A DNA stretch of 64,000 bases from Candidatus Eiseniibacteriota bacterium (GTDB lineage Bacteria > Eisenbacteria > RBG-16-71-46 > CAIMUX01 > VGJL01). Where the stretch lies: the NCBI GenBank assembly GCA_041946735.1, contig JBHGAY010000022.1:1-64000 (forward strand). The letters run 5' to 3'. Shown here piece after piece: positions 10,117 to 20,104 of this stretch (the first letter of the stretch is position 1; every line of letters starts with the position of its first letter). Made by a program: the position numbers and the translations under genes. The notes beneath the pieces are model-generated. The model had not been told where the DNA came from. It made no database searches and worked only from the letters and a program-made list of their open reading frames with translations.

Positions 10117-11633
10117 AGGTCGTGTCCGCAGTAGGAGAGGTTGAAGCTCTTGTTGCAAAGCGGGAAGTCGGAGATCGGCTGCCCGCGCAACGCAAACGCC
10201 AGGCCGAACCAGTTGTGGAACGACGGGTCGACCACCTTGTACGACGCGAAGCGGCCGGCGCCGTCGGTGACCCCCACGTGGCAGATCTCCCCCCGCCATC
10301 CCTCGACCATCGAGACGGCGATCCGATCGGGCGGAAGGATCGCCTCGCCCGAGACGGCCACACGACTCTCGCCGGACGGCAGCGACTGGAGCTGCTCGCG
10401 GACGAAAGAGAACGATCGCTGGATCTCGATCGAGCGGACGTGCGCGCGACCGAAGACGTCCCCGGCGTTCCAGGTGCAGGACGGGATGTGCGCGTAACGA
10501 TAGATGCCGAACGGATGGTCCTTCCGGACGTCCCGATCGATCCCGCACGCCCTCGCCGCCGGCCCAACCAGGCCGATCTCCGCCGCGATGTCCGCGGGAA
10601 CGGTCCCCGTCCCTTCGAAGCGGGCCATCACCGACGGCGTGTCCCAGAGAAGCGCATCGGCGACGGAGAAGTCCTTCGCGGCCGCCTCGAGGCGCTCCAG
10701 GATCCGCGCCGCGCGATCGGCATCGAGGTCGAAGGCGACCCCACCGGGACGCACGAGCGAGCGGCCGAACCGGCTCCCGCAGAGACTCGCCGTCAGGTTC
10801 AGGACGTCCCCGCGGATGCGCCCGCAGTAGGCGGCGGCCGGAAGGAACCCGACGTCCCCCGCCAAGGCTCCCAGGTCGCCGATGTGGTTCGCGATCCGCT
10901 CGAGCTCCAGGGCGACTCCGCGAATCGCCATCGCGCGCGGCGGGACGTGGATTGCCGCGATCGCCTCGATCGCCTGGCAGTAGGCGTGGGCGTGCCCCAC
11001 CGTCGTATCCCCTGCCAAGGTCTCGATCCGGTGGATCGTCCGCTTGTCGGGTCCGCTGCGCAGGGAGCGCTCGACGCCGCGGTGCTGGTAGCCGAGCGAG
11101 ATCTCGAGGTGAAGGACCTCCTCGCCGTAGCACTGAAAGCGGAAGTGGCCCGGCTCGATCACGCCGGCGTGCACCGGCCCGACCGCGACCTCGTGAAGCT
11201 CCTCCCCCTCGATCCGGAAGTAGTCCATCACCCCGCAGGGCGGCCGCTCTCCTTCGGGCGGACCGCCGTGCCCCGCGGAGCCGGCAAACCGGACCGGCTT
11301 CATCCAAGGATGCCCGCGCGGCTCGACACCCCACTGCTCCGCGATCTCCCGCTCGAAGAGGTGCGCCTGCGGACAGTCCGGGGTCAGCGACTCGAAGCTC
11401 CCCGAAACATCCGTCGCGCCGAGGGCCAGGCTTCCCGACTCGTCCTCGGCGAGGACGGCCAGCAGGCGGACCAAGTGAGCCCCGAGCGGCATCCCGAACA
11501 GCGCCGCGATCCGGCTTCCCCTCGTCGTCGCCTCGAGGACCGCGCGCCGGAAGGCGCCCGCATCGAGGACCGGCAGGTCCGCCGTCCGGATCGCCTCCCC
11601 GTTGCCGAGATTGAGAAGCCGCTTGCCCGGCAT
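10113..11633 (-). CDS. Hydrogenase-4-related large subunit (NuoC/D-like, Ehr type, no NiFe cysteine motifs)
   Basis: HLFEREIAEQWG (NuoC-like), VGPVHAGVIEPGHFRF, LELERIANH, EGWRGE, C-terminal DFPLCNKSFNLSYCGHDL. Confidence 0.88.
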   Translation of the reverse strand: MPGKRLLNLGNGEAIRTADLPVLDAGAFRRAVLEATTRGSRIAALFGMPLGAHLVRLLAVLAEDESGSLALGATDVSGSFESLTPDCPQAHLFEREIAEQWGVEPRGHPWMKPVRFAGSAGHGGPPEGERPPCGVMDYFRIEGEELHEVAVGPVHAGVIEPGHFRFQCYGEEVLHLEISLGYQHRGVERSLRSGPDKRTIHRIETLAGDTTVGHAHAYCQAIEAIAAIHVPPRAMAIRGVALELERIANHIGDLGALAGDVGFLPAAAYCGRIRGDVLNLTASLCGSRFGRSLVRPGGVAFDLDADRAARILERLEAAAKDFSVADALLWDTPSVMARFEGTGTVPADIAAEIGLVGPAARACGIDRDVRKDHPFGIYRYAHIPSCTWNAGDVFGRAHVRSIEIQRSFSFVREQLQSLPSGESRVAVSGEAILPPDRIAVSMVEGWRGEICHVGVTDGAGRFASYKVVDPSFHNWFGLAFALRGQPISDFPLCNKSFNLSYCGHDL

Positions 11634-13120
11634 CAGTACATCCTCAGCGTCTTCAGCGCAGAATCGATCGCGTCTCGGAGCGCGCCCGGGACGTAGAGGC
11701 CCAGGACGAGCACGGCGAGCCCGAGCGCCGCCGGCGGCAGGACGGCGGAAAGCCGCTCGCGCACGGGGGGCAGGGGGAGATCGTGCGCGGCGCCCCCGGG
11801 AGGCGCGCCGTGGACCATCCGCAGGAACACCATCGCCATCGCGACGAACACGATCAGGAGCAGCAGGAGGTAGAGCGCGGCCAGAGCGAAGCGACCGGCG
11901 TCGAGCAGCCCTTTCAGGATCGAGAGCTCGCTGACGAACGGGCCGAAGGGAGGGGACCCGGTGATCGCGAAGAAGCCGGCGAGCCAGAGCGCGCCGGTGA
12001 TCGGAAGCCGCCGGAGGGCCCCGGTGACCTGGCTTGCCCCCTTCGTCTTGTACGCCCCGAGCAGGTTGCCGGCGAGCAGGAACAGCATCGCCTTCGTCAA
12101 GGAATGGTTGACCAGGTGGAGCAGCGCGCCGAAGCCGGCGATGCCGCCGACGCCGGCGCCGAACATCGCGATCCCCATATGCTCGACGCTCGAGTAGGCG
12201 AGCATCCGCTTGTAGTCCGTCTGCCCGACGATGAAGACGGCGGCCACGGCCATCGAGACGATCCCGAAGAGGACGAACAGATCCTGGCTGAAGTCCGCGA
12301 GGCCCGCCGCGGCGCAGACCCCGTGGATCCTCAGGATCGCCAGGAAGGCGCAGTTGAGCAGCGCCCCGGAGAGCAGCGCCGAGACGAGCGACGGCGCCTC
12401 GCTGTGGGCATCCGGGAGCCACGCGTGGAGCGGGGCGAGCCCCATCTTCGTCCCGTATCCGACGAACAGCAGGAGGAACGCGGCCTTCAGCCACTTCGAG
12501 TCGAGCTGCCCGGCGTGCGCGGCGAGCTCCGTGACAGTCATCGAAGAGATCCGATCCGTCACGGGGCCGGCCGCGACGACGAGGAAGAAGTTGCCGAGCA
12601 GCGCGACGGCGATCCCGACCGAGCAGAGGACGAGGTACTTCCACGCCGCCTCGAGGGATCGATGGTGGCGGTGATAATGGATCAGGGGGGCGCTCGCGAG
12701 CGTCGTCGCTTCGATCCCGACCCACATCAGACCGACGTGCCGCGCCGTGATGACCAGGCTCATCGTGGAGAGGAAGATCAGCAGGCAGCCGACGAACGTC
12801 GCCTCCGGGGCGTTCGGGAACAGGAAGCCTTCCTCGATGTCGGGACGCTTGCCGACCCCTTCGCGCTTCAAGTACCCGACGGCGTAAACGCCGGTGGCCA
12901 GGAAGAGCGCGCTCGTGATGCTCAGGAAGAGCCTCTCGGGGGCGTCCAGGGCCAACCATCCACCGAAGAGAGGCGCCGGCCGGACGGTCCACGTCGCCGC
13001 CGTCAAGGATGCGTGGATCGCCGCCGCGGCGAGCAGCAGAGCGTGACGCAGCCGGTCGCTGCGCAGGAAGAACGCCAGCGCGCCGGCGAACAGGGGCACT
13101 CCGAGGATCGCGAGGATCAC
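11633..13120 (-). CDS. Proton-translocating membrane subunit (HyfF-like)
   Basis: Hydrophobic; EAAWKY, GYGTKMGLAPLHAWLPDAHSEAP, KRMLAYSSVEHMG. Confidence 0.88.
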   Translation of the reverse strand: MILAILGVPLFAGALAFFLRSDRLRHALLLAAAAIHASLTAATWTVRPAPLFGGWLALDAPERLFLSITSALFLATGVYAVGYLKREGVGKRPDIEEGFLFPNAPEATFVGCLLIFLSTMSLVITARHVGLMWVGIEATTLASAPLIHYHRHHRSLEAAWKYLVLCSVGIAVALLGNFFLVVAAGPVTDRISSMTVTELAAHAGQLDSKWLKAAFLLLFVGYGTKMGLAPLHAWLPDAHSEAPSLVSALLSGALLNCAFLAILRIHGVCAAAGLADFSQDLFVLFGIVSMAVAAVFIVGQTDYKRMLAYSSVEHMGIAMFGAGVGGIAGFGALLHLVNHSLTKAMLFLLAGNLLGAYKTKGASQVTGALRRLPITGALWLAGFFAITGSPPFGPFVSELSILKGLLDAGRFALAALYLLLLLIVFVAMAMVFLRMVHGAPPGGAAHDLPLPPVRERLSAVLPPAALGLAVLVLGLYVPGALRDAIDSALKTLRMY

Positions 13121-13193
13121 CGGGCGCTCCTCGGGAGGCGGAGCCGGCGACGGGGCGCGTGGCGAATCACCCGGCGCAGGCGCGCGAAGCGGC

Positions 13194-13844
13194 TCACCCT
13201 CTCAGCTCCGAGAGCCGGTCGGTGTCGATGTCATGGAACTCCCGATTGATGTGGTAGATCATGATCCCCATCACGAAGACCGCCATGAACGCGTCGAGGA
13301 GGATCCCCATCTCGACGAGCAGCGGCTCCTTCTCCGCGAACGCCAGGCCGAAGGCGTAGATCCCGTTCTCCATCGCCAGGTAGCCGAGCACCTGCGTGAT
13401 CGCCATCCGCCTGGCGATGAGGATGAACAGTCCCACCATGATCGTGAACAGCGAGACGGCGATGAGGAACGTCGATCCGCTCGGGACCGGAAGGGGAAGC
13501 CGCCAGCCGAGCCATAGCGACACGCCGAGAAGCGCTCCTCCGAGGAGGAGCGAGGGGGTGTAGCCGACGATCGGGTCGATCTCCCGCCGCACGTCCGCTC
13601 CGCGCACCGCCCGCGTCAGGAGCCAGGGGAAGACGACGCCTTTGGTGAGGATGCTGGCCGCCGCCTGCAGCGTGACCCGCAGCGTGAGATCCCCGGCGTG
13701 GGAGAGGATCGGCAGCAGCCCGAGCAGGACCCCCTGGATCGTCACGATCCGGATGCAGGCGACCAGCCGGCTCGTCCCGAGAAGGCGCAGGTTGGTGAAG
13801 ACGACCAGCGCGACGGCCGCATCGATCCAGGCGTTCATCGGCAT
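13194..13844 (-). CDS. Hydrogenase-4 membrane subunit (HyfE-like)
   Basis: Hydrophobic ~216 aa; QVLGYLAMENG, PLLVEMGILLD, terminal LSELRG; operon position. Confidence 0.82.
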   Translation of the reverse strand: MPMNAWIDAAVALVVFTNLRLLGTSRLVACIRIVTIQGVLLGLLPILSHAGDLTLRVTLQAAASILTKGVVFPWLLTRAVRGADVRREIDPIVGYTPSLLLGGALLGVSLWLGWRLPLPVPSGSTFLIAVSLFTIMVGLFILIARRMAITQVLGYLAMENGIYAFGLAFAEKEPLLVEMGILLDAFMAVFVMGIMIYHINREFHDIDTDRLSELRG

Positions 13845-13875
13845 GCCTCCTTCGTGTGGATCGCCCGGTCGCGCG

Positions 13876-14799
13876 TCATCGGAGCACCAGCATCAGGGCC
13901 AGAGCGGAGAGGACCGTCGCCGCCACGAGGAGCTGCGGCACCCGATTCAGTCGCAGGCGCGCCATTGTCGACTCGACGCAGCCGGTCGCGACCGCCAGGG
14001 CCCCCATCGCGGCGAGGCCGACGGCGAAGTCGAGCGCAAGGTGGCCGGTGCGGATCGGGAGCAGGATGCCGACGACCAGCGCCCCGAGGATCCACAGCTT
14101 GATCGCGCCGGCGTATTGCACGAGCGCGAGATCCGGCCCGCCGTGGTCGAGCACCATCACCTCGTGGATCATCGTCAGCTCGAGATGGGTGTTCGGATCG
14201 TCGAACGGGATGCGCGCGTTCTCGGCCAGGTAGACGACGAAGAGCGCCGCGCCGATCAGGAGCAGCGGCAGCCCGCCGGTCGGTCCGAAGTCGAACAGGC
14301 GGACCGCGGAGTACCCCTCCGAGAGCGAGAAGCCGCCGCTGCGGCGGGCGAGTGCCGCGAGGCCCAGCAGAAGGGCCGGCTCGGCGAGGGCCGAGAACGT
14401 CACCTCGCGGCTCGCCCCCATCCCCTCGAAGCTCGAGGCGGTATCGAGGGCGGCGAGCACCGTGAAGAAGCGCATCAGGCCGAGCAGGTAGGCGACCAGG
14501 ATCAGGTCGCCCGGGAACGCGGCGATCGCCCGGACCCCCGCGAACGGGACGAGGAGCAGCGCGACGCACGCCGCGGACAGTCCGATGATCGGCCCCGCCC
14601 GGAAGAGCCAGGTCGTGCTCTCGCTGTACACAGCCCCTTTGCGGAGGAGCTTCGCGAGGTCGAAGTAGCCCTGGAGGAGTGGCGGGCCTTGGCGCCCCGC
14701 GAAGATCGCCTTCGTCCGGCTGATGATCCCCGGGAGGAGGGGTGCGAAGACGATCGCGCAGGCCACGTGGAGGACGGCGAGGAGGTGGATCGGGTTCAT
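13876..14799 (-). CDS. NuoH/HyfC/HycD-like membrane subunit
   Basis: GRQGPPLLQGYFDLAKLLRK, SSFEGMGASRE, AENARIPFDDPNTHLELTMIHE. Confidence 0.9.
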   Translation of the reverse strand: MNPIHLLAVLHVACAIVFAPLLPGIISRTKAIFAGRQGPPLLQGYFDLAKLLRKGAVYSESTTWLFRAGPIIGLSAACVALLLVPFAGVRAIAAFPGDLILVAYLLGLMRFFTVLAALDTASSFEGMGASREVTFSALAEPALLLGLAALARRSGGFSLSEGYSAVRLFDFGPTGGLPLLLIGAALFVVYLAENARIPFDDPNTHLELTMIHEVMVLDHGGPDLALVQYAGAIKLWILGALVVGILLPIRTGHLALDFAVGLAAMGALAVATGCVESTMARLRLNRVPQLLVAATVLSALALMLVLR

Positions 14800-14806
14800 C
14801 GCCGTC

Positions 14807-16792
14807 TCAGCCCAGCTTCCAGACGAGGAGGACCAGGAGCGTCAGCGCGACATAGAGGACGTAGAGCTGGATGTGCCCGCTCTGCAGCCACCGCTGCCTC
14901 GAGAGCAGCTCGCCGGCGCGGGAGAAGAGTGGCTCGTACACCCGCCGGTGCAGCGGGTCCGGGGTATGAGTCGACAGGCTCGAGGCTCCCGGGAACAGGC
15001 CGCGGGGCGGCGACAGCTCACGGCGCGTTCCGAGGACGAAGTGGAAGAGGCTCGTCAGCGGCTGCGCGAACCCCGATGCCGTGTACTGCATCCTCGCGGT
15101 CGGCGCCGCATATCCGCAGTCCCACGTCGGTCCCGCGGTGACCGTCCGGCCGGCGAGCAGGCGCTGCCGCAACAGGACGAGCGCGGCGAGGATCGCGAGA
15201 AACGCCGCCGAGGCGAGGACGACGTGGCGCAGCGCCAGAGTCGCCGCTGCCGCGGCCCCCGTGGTCGCCGGCGCAGGAAGCTCGGCCACCCCGGCGACGA
15301 CGCCTCCGATGGCGCGGGCGACGAACGGTGCCGACAGGCCGATCGCCGCGCACCCGGCGGCAAGAGCGAGCATCGGGGCGCGCATCGACCATCCCGCCTC
15401 CCTCACGTGGGCCGCCTCCTCGCTGCGAGGCTCGCCGAGGAAGACGATCCCGAACGCCTTCGCGAAGCAGGCGGCGGCGAGGCCCCCGATCAGGGCGAGG
15501 GCGACGATCGAGATCGCGCTCGCCGCGGCGGCGGCCGGTCCGAGAGTGACGAGACCCTGCCAGGCGCCGAAGTAGATCAGGAACTCGCTCACGAAGCCGT
15601 TCAGCGGGGGCAAGCCGCAGATCGCCGCCGAACCGATCAGGAAGAGGAGGCCGGTCCAGCGCATCGGCTTCAGCAGTCCGCCGAGCCGATCGATCTCGAG
15701 CGAATGGGCGGCGTGCGCGACCGCGCCGGCGCCGAGGAAGAGCAGCGCCTTGAAGAGGGCGTGGTTGACGACGTGAAGCATCGCGCCGGCGAATCCGAGG
15801 TACGCCATCGCCGGGGAGCCGTAGCTCCTTCCCAGGAGCCCCACGCCGAGGCCGATCGCGATGATGCCGATGTTCTCGACGCTGTGGTACGCGAGCAGCC
15901 GTTTCAGGTCGTGCTGGGCGAGGGCGAAGAGGACGCCGAGCACCCCCGAGGTCACGCCGATCGCGAGCAGGGTCCAGCCCCACCAGGCCGGGGGAGGACC
16001 GAGGAGGGTGATCGTCCGGACGAGACCGTAGATGCCGGTCTTGATCATCACGCCGGACATGACGGCCGATACGTGACTCGGCGAGGCGGGGTGCGCCTCG
16101 GGCAGCCATACATGGAACGGCATCAGCCCCGCCTTCGTCCCGAAACCGACCAGGGCGAGCAGGAAGAGGACGCCCGCCGTCCTCCCTGCGCTTCCTTCGA
16201 GACCGAGGCGGCCGAACTCCAGGGATCCCGAGGAGCGGCCGAGGAGCAGGAAGAAGACGAGCAGTCCCGCCGTCCCGAGATGGGTGGCGATCAGGTAGGT
16301 CCTTCCCGCCCGCCGAACGGACTCCTTCTCGTCCTCGAAGACGACGAGGAAGTAGGAGGCGAGCGCCATCCCTTCCCAGGCGATCAGGAAGAGGAGGCCG
16401 TCCCGCGCGATCAACACGAGGCCCATGCATGCGACGAGGGCGTCGAAGAAGAACCAGCATGCGGCCAGGTTCTTCTTCCGGCTCCATGCCCGGAGGTAGG
16501 AAGCGCCGTAGATCGCCGCCAGGCAGGAGACGACGAGGACCGGCAGGAGGAAGAACGCCGAGATCGGATCGAGCCCGACCGAGAAGGAGCCGATCGGCAT
16601 GCTCCACGCGGCGCGGAGGGAGAGCGGCTGCCCGTGCGCGAGAACGCCGACGGCGGGCCAGAGCGCGAGGATCGACCCCGCGAGCAACGATGCGAGGGCG
16701 ATCGAGGAGGCGAGGCGCTCGTGGCGATGGACGAGTATCGCGAGGACGCCTCCCGCGAAGATGAGGCCCAGCCCGGCAAGAACCGCCGTCAT
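14807..16792 (-). CDS. Proton-translocating membrane subunit (HyfB-like)
   Basis: GFGTKAGLMPFHVWLPEAHP, KRLLAYHSVENIG, TWDCGY...RMQYTASGF. Confidence 0.9.
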   Translation of the reverse strand: MTAVLAGLGLIFAGGVLAILVHRHERLASSIALASLLAGSILALWPAVGVLAHGQPLSLRAAWSMPIGSFSVGLDPISAFFLLPVLVVSCLAAIYGASYLRAWSRKKNLAACWFFFDALVACMGLVLIARDGLLFLIAWEGMALASYFLVVFEDEKESVRRAGRTYLIATHLGTAGLLVFFLLLGRSSGSLEFGRLGLEGSAGRTAGVLFLLALVGFGTKAGLMPFHVWLPEAHPASPSHVSAVMSGVMIKTGIYGLVRTITLLGPPPAWWGWTLLAIGVTSGVLGVLFALAQHDLKRLLAYHSVENIGIIAIGLGVGLLGRSYGSPAMAYLGFAGAMLHVVNHALFKALLFLGAGAVAHAAHSLEIDRLGGLLKPMRWTGLLFLIGSAAICGLPPLNGFVSEFLIYFGAWQGLVTLGPAAAAASAISIVALALIGGLAAACFAKAFGIVFLGEPRSEEAAHVREAGWSMRAPMLALAAGCAAIGLSAPFVARAIGGVVAGVAELPAPATTGAAAAATLALRHVVLASAAFLAILAALVLLRQRLLAGRTVTAGPTWDCGYAAPTARMQYTASGFAQPLTSLFHFVLGTRRELSPPRGLFPGASSLSTHTPDPLHRRVYEPLFSRAGELLSRQRWLQSGHIQLYVLYVALTLLVLLVWKLG

Positions 16793-16817
16793 CGTGCGGG
16801 CGAGTCCGTTCGCGGCG

Positions 16818-17534
16818 TCATTCGCCCTGGTTGTCCGGCTCTTGAGGCCGCCGCTTCTGGATCTCCCGCTCGTCGACTCGTCGCACCGCCTGCAAGATCT
16901 CCTCCCGTGATCCCTGGCGCCAGAGGAGGTCGCGGAACGCCTCGTCGCGCAACGCGAAGGCGAGGCGCGACAGCAGGTGCAGATGGGCGCGCACGGCGGG
17001 GCTCACGATCGTGAACAGGACGTTGACCGGCTTGCCGTCGATCGCCTGGAAGTCGATCGCGTTTTCGAGGAAGCAGAGAGTCACGGTCGGCTTCGGGATG
17101 TGCATCACGATCGGATTGCGGACGTGGGGGATCGCGAAGCCGTCGCCGATCCCGGTCGAGCCGAGCGACTCTCGGGCGAGCAGGACCTGATGAAGGAACT
17201 GCCGGTTCACCTCGTCCGGCAGCCGCATCAGATCCACGACCGCCTTCAGCACGGAGGCCTTGTCGGTCCCGCCGACCCGGTAATGAATTCCCCCGGCCTC
17301 GAGCGCTTCCCCGACGGTGGGGAGCGTCGCGCGGGACGCCTCCTCGGGCTCCTCGAAGATCTCGGGAGAGACCTGGAGCCGCCGGGAGGTCGCCCACTCG
17401 AGCAGCTCCGCCCGGTTGAACCGGTGCTGCTCGTTGATCCGGTAGGCGGGCAGCCTGCCTTCCTTGATCCAGCGGTAAACTGTCTTCTCCGAGACTCCCA
17501 GGAGCCGGGCCGCCTCCCTAACGCCGAGCTGCAT
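16818..17534 (-). CDS. Excisionase-type HTH DNA-binding domain fused to PTS EIIA (fructose/Ntr-type) domain
   Basis: N-terminal LGVREAARLLGVSEKTVYRWI; C-terminal RESLGSTGIGDGFAIPH phospho-His motif. Confidence 0.88.
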   Translation of the reverse strand: MQLGVREAARLLGVSEKTVYRWIKEGRLPAYRINEQHRFNRAELLEWATSRRLQVSPEIFEEPEEASRATLPTVGEALEAGGIHYRVGGTDKASVLKAVVDLMRLPDEVNRQFLHQVLLARESLGSTGIGDGFAIPHVRNPIVMHIPKPTVTLCFLENAIDFQAIDGKPVNVLFTIVSPAVRAHLHLLSRLAFALRDEAFRDLLWRQGSREEILQAVRRVDEREIQKRRPQEPDNQGE

Positions 17535-17848
17535 TCCCTGCCCTCTCCGTCAATCCGCCTCGACATAGGACGTTTTGGGACATGGCGGGCATTCTGTCCT
17601 CATACGTCCAGCCGATCAAGCAGATACGGTCGGGGTTGGGGGGCGTCGGTCCGTCGGGATCCTCGGTCCCGGGCGGGGTTGGCCGGTCCGAGGCGGCTGC
17701 GGCGCAGCTCGTGGCCTCTGTGGAGGTTCGTTCGGCCGGGGTGCTACAGTAGTCACGGCCGCGAAGTCTGCGAGAACGCCGCGAACAGAGGCGGCTGCGG
17801 CGGACCGGGGGTCCGCCCTGTCCATGTCAGGGGTGTGGGGAGGGGGAA

Positions 17849-20104
17849 GTGGCAGACTGGCGGATCCGCGAGCATCCGATCCTACCGGTCCCGGAAGCCG
17901 GGACTGTTCCGTTCTTCTGGAAAGGTAACCCGCTCGAAGCCCGAGCCGGCGAGACGATCGCCTCGGCGCTCTTCGCCAACGGCGTGCGCATCTTCGGCCG
18001 CCACCCGAAGGACGGAGCCGCCCAGGGGATCTTTTGCGCGAACGGCCAGTGCGCCCAGTGCACCGTCATGGCCGATGGGCTGCCGGTGAAGTCGTGCATG
18101 GTTTCGGTCGCGGCCGGAATGCGGGTCGAGCCGGTCGAAGGCCGGCCGGCGCTGCCCGAGATCGCGACGCACTCGTCGTCGGGCGACGGGGATCTTGCCT
18201 TCCATCCGATCGAGACGGTCCAGCCGATCGAGACGATCGAGACGATCGAGACGATCGAGGTCGAGTGCCTGATCCTCGGTGGCGGCCCGGCCGGGCTGTC
18301 GGCCGCGATCGAGCTGGGCAAGGCGGGGGTCCGCACGCTCGTCGTCGACGACAAGCACCGGCTCGGCGGCAAGCTCGTCCTCCAGACGCACAAGTTCTTC
18401 GGATCGATCGAGGCGTGCCACGCGGGCACGCGCGGGATCGACATCGCCTCGCGCCTCGAGCGCGAGCTTCAGAGCTTCGAGAACGTGCGCATCTGGCTCA
18501 ACTCGACCGGCCTCGCCGTCTTCTCCGATCGCAGGGTCGGGATCCTGCGGGAAGGCCGCTACGTCATCGTGCAGCCGCAGATCCTGCTCGTGGCGACGGG
18601 CGCGCGCGAGCGCTCGCTCGTCTTCCGCGGCAACACGCTTCCGGGCGTGTACGGCGCCGGCGCGTTCCAGACGCTCGTGAACCGCGACCTCGTCCGTCCC
18701 ACCGAGCGGCTCTTCATCGTGGGCGGCGGCAACGTCGGCCTGATCGCCGGCTACCACGCTTTGCAGGCGGGGATCGCGGTCGTCGGGCTGTGCGAGGCGC
18801 TTCCCGATTGCGGTGGCTACAAGGTCCACAAGGACAAGCTCGTCCGGATGGGCGTGCCGATCTACACCTCGCACACCGTCCTCTCGGCCAACGGGACGGA
18901 CGAGGTGGAGTCGGTCACGATCGCGCGGATCGACGACTCGTGGAAGCCGGTCCCGGGAACCGAGCAGACCTTCGCCTGCGACACGCTGCTCGTCGCCGTC
19001 GGCTTGGATCCGGTCGATGAGTTCCTCCACAAGGCGAAGGAGTTCGGCCTTCCCGTCTACGCCTCGGGCGACGCGGAGGAGATCGCCGAGGCGTCGGCGG
19101 CGATGTTCACCGGACGCATCCGCGGTCTCGAGATCGCGCGCGCCCTCGGGCGCGACGTCGGCGAGGTCCCTCCCGAATGGCATCGGACGGCGGAGGTCCT
19201 GAAGTCGAAACCCGGCGCGACCGTGACCGAGGACATCCCGGAGGGCGAGTCGGGCGTCTTCCCGGTGTTCCACTGCGCGCAGGAGATCCCCTGCAACCCC
19301 TGCACGTCGATCTGTCCGGAGCATTCGATCGTGATCGAAGGCGATGACATCATGGGGCTGCCGGAGTTCCGGGGAGACAAGTGCATCGCGTGCGAGCAGT
19401 GCGTCGCCGTCTGCCCCGGGCTGGCGCTGACGCTCGTCGACTTCCGCGCGGGCAAGGGAGCCGCGGCGGGCAAGGGAGCGGCTGCGGGCGCGGCGGCCGC
19501 CGCTTCGGACGACGCGATCGTGACGATCCCCTACGAGTTCGCGAACACGGAGGTGCGCGCCGGCGAGACGGTGACGGTGCTCGACACGGAGGGCGCGATC
19601 CTCGGCAACGTCGAGGTCGTCAAGGTTCGCGCGCCGAAGTTCGCGGACCGGGCGCGGCTCGTGCGCGTGAAGGCGCCGCGCGAGATCGCGAAGCGGATCG
19701 CGGGGATCCGCGTGCAGGATCCGTGGGTGACGCAGGCGGTGGAGGAGGAAGCGGCGGCCGAGGCCGCCCGTCCGATCGCCGACGACGAGATCGTCTGCCG
19801 CTGCGAGCGGGTGACGGCGGCCGACATCCGGCGGCTGATCCGCGCCGGCGCGCGCGACGTGAACGAGATCAAGGCGGCGACGCGCGCCTGCATGGGGGCG
19901 TGCGGCGGGAAGACCTGCCCCAACCTGATCCTGCGGATCTATCGCGAGGAGGGGATCGCGGCGCGCGAGGTCACCGTGAACACGCACCGGCCGCTCTTCA
20001 TGGAGGTGCCGCTCGGCGCCTTCGCCGGCGTCTCGACGGGCGCCGGCCCCGCGAAGGAAGCCCGAGTCTCGCACGCGACCGACGCGCACGAGGGAGGCCT
20101 CTGA
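17849..20104 (+). CDS. Sarcosine oxidase alpha/proline dehydrogenase-like FAD oxidoreductase with 2Fe-2S, 4Fe-4S and BFD-like domains
   Basis: GETIASAL..GIFCANGQCAQC, GGGPAGLSAA, ATGARER, CNPCTSICP/CIACEQCVAVCP, IVCRCE...CMGACGGKTC. Confidence 0.85.
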   Translation: MADWRIREHPILPVPEAGTVPFFWKGNPLEARAGETIASALFANGVRIFGRHPKDGAAQGIFCANGQCAQCTVMADGLPVKSCMVSVAAGMRVEPVEGRPALPEIATHSSSGDGDLAFHPIETVQPIETIETIETIEVECLILGGGPAGLSAAIELGKAGVRTLVVDDKHRLGGKLVLQTHKFFGSIEACHAGTRGIDIASRLERELQSFENVRIWLNSTGLAVFSDRRVGILREGRYVIVQPQILLVATGARERSLVFRGNTLPGVYGAGAFQTLVNRDLVRPTERLFIVGGGNVGLIAGYHALQAGIAVVGLCEALPDCGGYKVHKDKLVRMGVPIYTSHTVLSANGTDEVESVTIARIDDSWKPVPGTEQTFACDTLLVAVGLDPVDEFLHKAKEFGLPVYASGDAEEIAEASAAMFTGRIRGLEIARALGRDVGEVPPEWHRTAEVLKSKPGATVTEDIPEGESGVFPVFHCAQEIPCNPCTSICPEHSIVIEGDDIMGLPEFRGDKCIACEQCVAVCPGLALTLVDFRAGKGAAAGKGAAAGAAAAASDDAIVTIPYEFANTEVRAGETVTVLDTEGAILGNVEVVKVRAPKFADRARLVRVKAPREIAKRIAGIRVQDPWVTQAVEEEAAAEAARPIADDEIVCRCERVTAADIRRLIRAGARDVNEIKAATRACMGACGGKTCPNLILRIYREEGIAAREVTVNTHRPLFMEVPLGAFAGVSTGAGPAKEARVSHATDAHEGGL

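Noticed and set aside
18208..18260. atcgagacg tandem repeats (IETIETIET)
   Set aside because: In-frame low-complexity linker expansion with no sign of separate function.
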